Assembly: GCA_963727445.1 (NCBI GenBank)
Contig: CAVSGI010000006.1
Span: 576,001-640,000 of the forward strand
Reading direction: 5' to 3'
DNA length: 64,000 nt
Source: an uncultured delta proteobacterium
Lineage (GTDB): Bacteria > Myxococcota_A > Polyangia > Polyangiales > B10-G4
Shown: positions 58,601 to 64,000 of the stretch, piece by piece
Layout: the number at the start of each line of letters is the position of its first letter
Position numbering within the stretch: the stretch's first letter is position 1
Position numbers and translations under genes: made by a program
Notes under the pieces: generated by a model
Database searches by the model: none
Told to the model about the DNA's origin: nothing
What the model saw: the letters and a program-made list of their open reading frames with translations, nothing else

Positions 58601-59662
58601 ACGCGGGCCGACCGCGCCGATCTTGTCTGCGAGCCCCGCCGCGTACTGGCTGTCGAGCTTCGCGACGGCCGCATCGAGAAGCGACTCGTCCTCGACCACT
58701 GGGAGGAGATCCGCAGCGCTGCCGACACTCACCGAAAGGATTGCGCTCGCGCGCGCCGGCTCGAGCGCGCCGAAGAGCCGTCGGTCGTGTGCGATGTCTT
58801 CGCTCACGAAGTACTTCAGGTGCTCGTCGACCTCGGCGGGGACCTCTTCGCCTGCGTCGAGAGCGAGGTGGGCGAGCAGATAGGCCGCGTTCTGTTTCGA
58901 CTGGTGGGGCGGGTTTTCCATCGCCCCGAGGCGGGCGAGCTCTGCCTGGACGAGCGCCTTGGCGTCCGTCATGTCCCGCAGCCGTGTCAGGGCGAAGCTG
59001 CGCCGGTCTTTTTGGGAATGGCGGACGAGCGCCGCCACCCTCTCGGCGTCGGTGAGCTCGGGCCAACAGCGCTCGATGATCTCGGACTGGTAGATCGGCT
59101 CGCTGTCCTCGAAGGTGCGCGCGAGCGCACGGGCCAAGCGGCCCGGGGGGATGGTGTCGCGGTTCTTGTCGAGCCAGCTTCCCTCCCAGATCGAGCTCTG
59201 CGCGCGGTAACCGCGCGCCAGCGCGTCCATGGTCGCGTCGCTCACGACGCTCGCGTCGCCGCGGAGCATCTGCGCTACCTCCAGCTGCTGCTGCACTTTG
59301 GGAGAGAGGCCGCTCGACAGCGAGAGGAACGCGTCGCCGTGCGCGTCGAGCGCGGTGAGGAGCGCTTTTTCGACCTGTTCAGACCACTCGTAGACGACGT
59401 GGCCGCCCATGCTCCCCGCGTCCTTGCCGAGGAGATTCGCGAACATCACGAAATCGGCCGCGGTGCCACCGCTCGGATGGTCGAGGAGGAGCATCTGCTC
59501 CTCGCGCATCTTGCCGCTACCTTCCCGAAACTCCGCCCACAGGCCGGCGCGCATGCCCTCCCAGAGGGTCTTCGTCAGCTCCGCCGGGTTCGCCGCTCGG
59601 ACGATGTCTTCCTTGTCCCAATGACTCGCCTTCTTCAGCTTCTTCAACAGGGCTTCGTTCAT
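55658..59662 (-). CDS. HEAT-repeat + DUF4132-like protein with C-terminal PARP-type zinc finger
   Basis: VPTLGFD..G, RLERAM..GRTW..F...FVDHP, VAHPLDL..W..QPFPQIGR; tail APTARAKCMHCDQKIEKG..R...YMHPTC. Start inferred at MNEALL. Confidence 0.85.
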   Translation of the reverse strand: MNEALLKKLKKASHWDKEDIVRAANPAELTKTLWEGMRAGLWAEFREGSGKMREEQMLLLDHPSGGTAADFVMFANLLGKDAGSMGGHVVYEWSEQVEKALLTALDAHGDAFLSLSSGLSPKVQQQLEVAQMLRGDASVVSDATMDALARGYRAQSSIWEGSWLDKNRDTIPPGRLARALARTFEDSEPIYQSEIIERCWPELTDAERVAALVRHSQKDRRSFALTRLRDMTDAKALVQAELARLGAMENPPHQSKQNAAYLLAHLALDAGEEVPAEVDEHLKYFVSEDIAHDRRLFGALEPARASAILSVSVGSAADLLPVVEDESLLDAAVAKLDSQYAAGLADKIGAVGPRALPALTRALDVKKPPIHLAAHAARALGHIPTKEAAELLVTVLGHSSKVVREAAQAALGKIGEPARAALEAGAKARKKAVRTACAEMLELLAASSAAEDSPLGAVQARFDAMDDAVKKAIVEGIPGQSHELKTYAEGQAEAHGPEALLAVREWYLERFKTSSYEAGMVLDSMVDPLIGFQYASKSLYTAGDEASQKRRIEAAFVYLDIVGQLPKMKKYMTRTLLRDTPKRFEGWAAPAAAMVLETRKTPLAPLFYAIAAKAPHRTTKVLVDGLSESAKAIQEPCIEALATQGEGVVDQVVPLLASKKKPARLAAAQVLAKIGADKALPALHEAYEGETSEDVQMALDLAIRAAGGDPTPESTADTLSADTGERSAADWAAELAGKKKPRLPKWIDLDDLPQLLLCTGEPLDATAVAGLIGRLKKEHERQDPVAWGLRPHLDSASALAFGTAIYDAWQKKGGKAADKWALYQMALFADDAWVHGIAPRLDNLSSAGKHAFAGWMLEVFARLDTQTARDWIGYWADHALTGGLMRKAVGQLGALAEAAGVSAQDIRATLNPFVAEEQAERAVPTLGFDRRGEQKVSYGDREVTIRLLLDATLQVVDDAGKTTKSMPAKKAGDDEKAVTAAKRLFSQLSDSAPREVRRVVRRLERAMQSGRTWEARRFREVFVDHPIMGTVASSIVFVTQDGRSLRLSEEYTPIDAASDDVNLADDDVLRVAHPLDLSEAELAAWGEHLSESEVIQPFPQIGRPVFRADAPFEIPKDKIEPATFVARLRDAGWNRGQAEDAGWVYHDWMRMPARRVNVELNHSGYIVSDVGWGEDIQVSGISFGQLHVGSIQPEDVDPVAFSEAQYAVMCLFESAAPKDATPAAVRGPAKTAGGTTQRALLDMSNDFPSADHAPTARAKCMHCDQKIEKGTVRIIIEREIDTPRFKGKGPGYMHPTCAEKFIDAQGLDPNEFTERLLGNTGLEVEQLPEVFRGE

Positions 59663-59819
59663 CTCTCGAGGTCGCCTTTCTCGGTTCCGCGCTGCGGAAT
59701 ACGGCGGGCGCGGCGAATAACTCCCCTCCAGCGATCGCCGCCGAGAGATCCTCGGTGGTCGTCGGCAGCGAGCACGACGGGCTGGCTTGGCCGGCTGCGG
59801 GTGAGATGCTACTCCACGG

Positions 59820-61286
59820 ATGGAGATGAAGCGGTACGGCATCGGGATCGCGGCGGGGTGCCTCGTCCTCGCGATGGGCTGCGGCGATGACGGCGCGCCC
59901 CCGCCGGTGTCACCCGATCCGATCGACGGTCTCGGGGTGGCGAGCGGCAAAGCCGACGGCGGCGCCTTCTCCTCCTGCGAGCTCGATCAGGTGGTCCTCT
60001 ACCTCAACGCGGGGCCGACCGCCGAGCAGCTCGTCGACGCGGGCGTTCACACCGAGGCCGCGACGCATCTCGAGACTCACCGAGACGGACCAGACGGCGA
60101 ATACCCGACGGGGGACGACGATCCCTTCGACGACATCGAAGAGGTGGATGGCGTCGACTACGTCGGTGAGACCGCGATGCGCCAGTTGGTCGGCGTGGTG
60201 GAGCAGGGTTGCGCCGATCGACCCGCTGCGTGCGCCGATGCGCCACTCCTCGGCAGCCCGGGCTTCGCCCAGCGCCAGATCTACGACGTCCCCTTCACGT
60301 GGGGCGACGGCTGGGCCGTCGGCGAGCCCATCACCGTCGCCGTGCCGGCGGATCTCGAAGGCCTGGTGGTCGCCGTGATCTCCGGGGACGTGGACGTCGG
60401 TATCGATCGCGTCGTTTTCGACGGCGCGATCCTGCAGGACATCGGGCGTGACGATCCGATGCTCGAAGGGATCCTGCCGCCCTTCTTCCACTCGCTCGTC
60501 CCGGCGGGCGCCATCGCCTTTCCCATGGACGAGGACAGCAGCCTCTCGGCGGGCTGCCTCGAGATCACACCGGTGGCCCTCGACGACATCGGGACGGGAC
60601 GGGTGGCCTTCGTTTCGCGGCGCATGCCGCGGGGCGGGGCCATCGACATCAACGCCGTCATCGTCGGGGCGACCGCCGTCACCGAGGAACAGCTGCACGA
60701 GACCTTCGACGTGGCTGCCGCGGTCTACATGGGCGCGGGTGACCTCACGATCGGCAGCGTGAGCACCGTCCCACTCAGCTGGCCCGATCCCTACGTCGAA
60801 TCCGAGGGGGCGACCATCAACATGTTGCGCGGGGCCGTGACCACGCCCGACGAGGGGAGGATCAACGTGTTCTTCGTACAGGACTTCCTCGAGGTGGGGA
60901 CCCTCGGTTTCGCTTCGGCGATTCCGGGGCCGAACGGTGTCCACGGCACGGCAGGGAGCGGGCTGGTGATCTCCATCGACAGCCATCTCGACGACGCGGG
61001 CGCGCTCGACGTGACGACCATGGGCGAGACCATCGCCCACGAGATTGGGCATCAGCTCGGCCTCTTCCACACCACGGAGGACGACGGCGTGGAGCACGAC
61101 ATCCTGGACGATACGCCCTTCTGCGGGATCGAGAACGACACCGACGGGGACGGCCAGGTCGGCGCGGAGGAGTGCGCCGACTTCGACGGCCACAACGTGA
61201 TGTTCTGGGTCTCGGGCGATCTTCGGCAGAACCAGCTCTCCCCGACACAGCTCGACATCCTCTCCGCTTCACCGGTGGTGCGATGA
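59820..61286 (+). CDS. M43-like zinc metalloprotease lipoprotein with HhH-like domain
   Basis: Lipobox AMGC; GKAD motif; HEIGHQLGLFHT zinc motif; NVMFW Met-turn. Alternative start 59826. Confidence 0.82.
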   Translation: MEMKRYGIGIAAGCLVLAMGCGDDGAPPPVSPDPIDGLGVASGKADGGAFSSCELDQVVLYLNAGPTAEQLVDAGVHTEAATHLETHRDGPDGEYPTGDDDPFDDIEEVDGVDYVGETAMRQLVGVVEQGCADRPAACADAPLLGSPGFAQRQIYDVPFTWGDGWAVGEPITVAVPADLEGLVVAVISGDVDVGIDRVVFDGAILQDIGRDDPMLEGILPPFFHSLVPAGAIAFPMDEDSSLSAGCLEITPVALDDIGTGRVAFVSRRMPRGGAIDINAVIVGATAVTEEQLHETFDVAAAVYMGAGDLTIGSVSTVPLSWPDPYVESEGATINMLRGAVTTPDEGRINVFFVQDFLEVGTLGFASAIPGPNGVHGTAGSGLVISIDSHLDDAGALDVTTMGETIAHEIGHQLGLFHTTEDDGVEHDILDDTPFCGIENDTDGDGQVGAEECADFDGHNVMFWVSGDLRQNQLSPTQLDILSASPVVR

Positions 61287-61816
61287 GCTGGCTTGGATAC
61301 GCGGCCATGTCGGTCCTGATCGCGCTCTCGGCGTGTAGCCCCGCGAGCCGTGAGGAGCCGCCGACCGAGACCGTTGCGAGCGACGCGCCCGCCAGCGCCG
61401 ACGCCATCGCCACGCTCCTCGGCGCGCGCCACACCGAAGATCTGCCCGACGAGGCGACCCTCGCGGCCCACGAAGAGCCCGCCGCCGCGCTCCGCTACAT
61501 CGCTGGCCACCACGGCCGGATGGTGATCCGGGCGCGGGCGCTCTCGTCCCTTCGCTTCTACGACGACGGCGAAACGCGGGCGTACCTCCTCGCTGTGCTG
61601 CGCAGCGACAGCGCGCACCCGGCGCTGAAGGCGGCGGCCGCCGAAGGCACGACGCGGCTCACGCTCGACGACGAGCTACGGGCGGCGCTGGCTGCGGCCC
61701 GCGCGGGCGGCGACCCGCGCGTCGAGCGCGCCGTCGACGCCCGCCTCCGAGGCCCCGATCCCGTCCTCGAGGAGACGGGGGAGGGCCCCGGCCCCACGAC
61801 CCCCACCGGACCGTGA
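61283..61816 (+). CDS. Small HEAT-like lipoprotein
   Basis: ATGA overlap with the protease; lipobox ALSAC; helical repeats (DPRVERA). Confidence 0.7.
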   Translation: MSWLGYAAMSVLIALSACSPASREEPPTETVASDAPASADAIATLLGARHTEDLPDEATLAAHEEPAAALRYIAGHHGRMVIRARALSSLRFYDDGETRAYLLAVLRSDSAHPALKAAAAEGTTRLTLDDELRAALAAARAGGDPRVERAVDARLRGPDPVLEETGEGPGPTTPTGP

Positions 61817-61886
61817 GCTACGCATCACTGTGGCCGAGCCCCTCGTCCGGGCCCGCATTGGACGAGGCTCGCGCTCGTCGCGCACC

Positions 61887-62204
61887 TCAGCTCTCGGTGA
61901 GTCTCGCCTCGGGCGCATTCCAGATGCGCACGAAGAAGTAGACGGGGACCGCGAGCAGGTTGCCCATGAAGAGCATCAGGGCCCACAGGAGCCGCTGCTC
62001 CATCGGCAGCCTCGCGTCCCCCAGGACGTCGGGCCGGGTACGTGGGGAGAGCTGCCGCATCTGCGGGCCCCTGCCCGGGCGGGCCGCCTCATTCGGGCGG
62101 CTGGATCTCGTAGTGCCCAGCCTCTCCCTCATCCGGAGCCGCTGCGCGCTCGAGCTCCTGGCGAAGCTCTCGGAGCGCGTTTCCACGATGAGGGAGCGCC
62201 ACAC
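61887..62204 (-). pseudogene. Probable remnant of a small membrane protein
   Basis: Only the C-terminal DARLPMEQRLLWALMLFMGNLLAVPVYFF looks protein-like; the upstream part is Arg/Ser/Pro-rich. Confidence 0.35.
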
Positions 62205-62241
62205 GTGGACCGGCCCAGTGTAGCCCCTTTGCGCTCGCCGC

Positions 62242-63240
62242 TCAGCCGCCGCCGGCGGCGCGGAAGGGCACGCCCATCACGATCGCGACGTCCCCATCGA
62301 GCGCGAGCCCGAAGGTCTCTCGGTCGCAGGCGCTGTTGTCCATCTCGGAGCACTCCTCGTAGGCGACCTCGCGCTTCTCTCCGCCGACCACGTGCCAGAC
62401 CACCTGCTGCCACCAGACGCGATGGGGAGAGCAGGAGGTGAGGCTGCAGCCGGAACGCTCCGACGCGTCCTCGTAGGAGAGGAAGTAGTAGTCGTCGAGC
62501 GTGCCCACCACGGGCGGGAAGAGCGAGTTGGGGAACTGGGGGACGAAGGGGAGGGCCTGCACCTCGGTTCCCGCGAGCCCGAAGGCGAGCCCGTCGAGGG
62601 TGGTGGCGATCACGCCTCCGCCCGTGCGGCGAAAGGCGGCCACCGCGTGATCGAGGTCGAGCTGTGTCGGCGCGCCTCGGTCGAAGCGGTAGAGCCCCAT
62701 GCCCCCGTTGTAGACGTAGACCGCGCCGTCGCCGGCGAGGGCGATTTGCATGGAGTACGACTGGACCGGCGGCTCGGGGACGTCGAAGCAGTCGGTCGTC
62801 ATGCCGTCGATCGCATGACACAGCCGATGCGGCGACGGGCCCACGTCCGTGTGCCAGAAGTCCGCGAGCGAGGTTCCGTCGATCGCGTCGACAAGGCCGT
62901 CGAGGGCCAGCGGCGAAAGGGCGCCGCCCACCGGCACCGCGTGGACCGTGCCCTCGCTGTCCAGCACCATCACGCCGCCATCGTCGAAGACCCGCATCGA
63001 TCGAGGGACGGCCACCTCGTCGAGAAAGTCGGGGTCCTCGACCCCTTCGACGACTCCCCCACGCAGGCGCATGACCTGTCCGCCGCGGTCCAGCCACGTC
63101 GGCTCCCCGCGCATGGGGTCGCCGAGCAACGGCGCCGTGGGCTCCAGGCGCACCGCGAGGCGAGGCGACGTGCGCTCCGGCGGCCCCGGCGTGGCGGCAC
63201 AACCACAGAGGCCGAGGATGAGGACGAGGCGCCAGCGCAC
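62242..63240 (-). CDS. Hypothetical lipoprotein (beta-propeller-like)
   Basis: GTG start, RWRLVLILGLCGC lipobox; short beta-strand repeats. Confidence 0.65.
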   Translation of the reverse strand: MRWRLVLILGLCGCAATPGPPERTSPRLAVRLEPTAPLLGDPMRGEPTWLDRGGQVMRLRGGVVEGVEDPDFLDEVAVPRSMRVFDDGGVMVLDSEGTVHAVPVGGALSPLALDGLVDAIDGTSLADFWHTDVGPSPHRLCHAIDGMTTDCFDVPEPPVQSYSMQIALAGDGAVYVYNGGMGLYRFDRGAPTQLDLDHAVAAFRRTGGGVIATTLDGLAFGLAGTEVQALPFVPQFPNSLFPPVVGTLDDYYFLSYEDASERSGCSLTSCSPHRVWWQQVVWHVVGGEKREVAYEECSEMDNSACDRETFGLALDGDVAIVMGVPFRAAGGG

Positions 63241-63308
63241 GCCTGACGGTAGCACGGGGAGAGGAGACCGCGCTTGCGCCCGAACGCCGGCACGTCGTAG
63301 TGGGGGGC

Positions 63309-64000
63309 ATGGTCGAGCTCGTCCGCGCGCGGCACATCCCGACGTGGGTCTGTCTCGTCGCCGTGCATGTGTTTGTCGCGTGTGGTGCGAGCGCTCCCGA
63401 GCTCTGGGAGGCGGGTCGCTTCCCAGAGGCGTGTCGCGAGATGGACTACGCACAGAAGCCGCAGTTCCTCGACGCGCTCTACGCCCAGTCTCGCCTCCGC
63501 GTCGACGTGCACGCCTACACCGCGTCGGAGCTGGAGGCGATGCTGCCGGTGGTACCGCCCCTGCTCGTCGACGACAGCCACGTACTGCTCGGGATCCGAG
63601 CCGAGGTGGCGCACGAGGTGAGGGGCTCGCTCGAGATAGCAGTGGCGCCGCGCCTCGGCGGCCGGCAGTTTCGGCTGGAGCCCTTCTGTGCTCCCGTACA
63701 GACCGCTCTCGACCCCAGCCGTGAACCAGAAGTCGCGCCCGAGGGTTGGATGACGCGGCTCGGGCGCACCATGCGGGTCGTCGGCGGCAGCGCCGCCGCG
63801 AGCGTGGCCGACGTAGTGTGGGCCGCGACCGGTGGGGCGGTCGACGCGAGCCCTGGATCCCTCGAGGAGGGGGTCGTCAGTCTTCGCACCCTCGGGGAAG
63901 CCGTGGCGAACGCAGAGGCCGACGACGGGAGCAGTCCCGCGAACGCGGCCGACGAGGAGGCGCGGCAGCGGGCGCTCGCCGAGCGGTCTGCACAGGTCCT
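63309..64000 (+). CDS. Hypothetical lipoprotein, truncated by the window edge
   Basis: Read by hand: ATG 63309, MVELVRARHIPTWVCLVAVHVFVAC; no stop seen; absent from the ORF track, consistent with running off the end. Confidence 0.6.
   Translation, partial: MVELVRARHIPTWVCLVAVHVFVACGASAPELWEAGRFPEACREMDYAQKPQFLDALYAQSRLRVDVHAYTASELEAMLPVVPPLLVDDSHVLLGIRAEVAHEVRGSLEIAVAPRLGGRQFRLEPFCAPVQTALDPSREPEVAPEGWMTRLGRTMRVVGGSAAASVADVVWAATGGAVDASPGSLEEGVVSLRTLGEAVANAEADDGSSPANAADEEARQRALAERSAQV

Noticed and set aside
1..64000. tRNA/rRNA genes, IS elements, integrase, prophage or known defence systems
   Set aside because: No recognisable motifs, terminal repeats or marked compositional islands, and very little non-coding space.

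Overview
Very GC-rich, densely coding window whose gene content points to a myxobacterium (Myxococcota, probably Polyangiales/Sandaracinaceae-like): a MYXO-CTERM tail, a TIGR02266-type PilZ protein, a DUF1592/DUF1552 pair and many lipoproteins with Asp/Ser/Thr/Gly-rich linkers. About 45 genes are supportable, mostly secreted or lipoprotein. They include a TolC/MFP/RND efflux operon, papain-, trypsin- and M43-type proteases, OmpA, a spondin protein, a GH5 enzyme, a catalase-like protein, MYG1, a cation-chloride cotransporter and a YgiQ-type radical SAM gene. No tRNA, rRNA, CRISPR array, transposase or integrase was recognised. Four genes are each broken by one extra base (about 21755, 37452, 39381, 54086), most likely assembly errors. 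The best candidate for an undescribed system is a tightly coupled minus-strand operon at 32599-39143: two paralogous cobalamin-binding radical SAM enzymes, a PhyH-type dioxygenase with HxH instead of HxD, and a PhyH-amidohydrolase fusion. Three of these enzymes share an ~80-aa accessory module I cannot assign. Other notable architectures are a HEAT/DUF4132 protein ending in a PARP-type zinc finger, a zinc-ribbon protein ending in tandem YGAP motifs, a 12-repeat disintegrin-like lipoprotein and an HeH/SAP-like-PilZ fusion. All family calls come from motifs read by eye; no database search was run.
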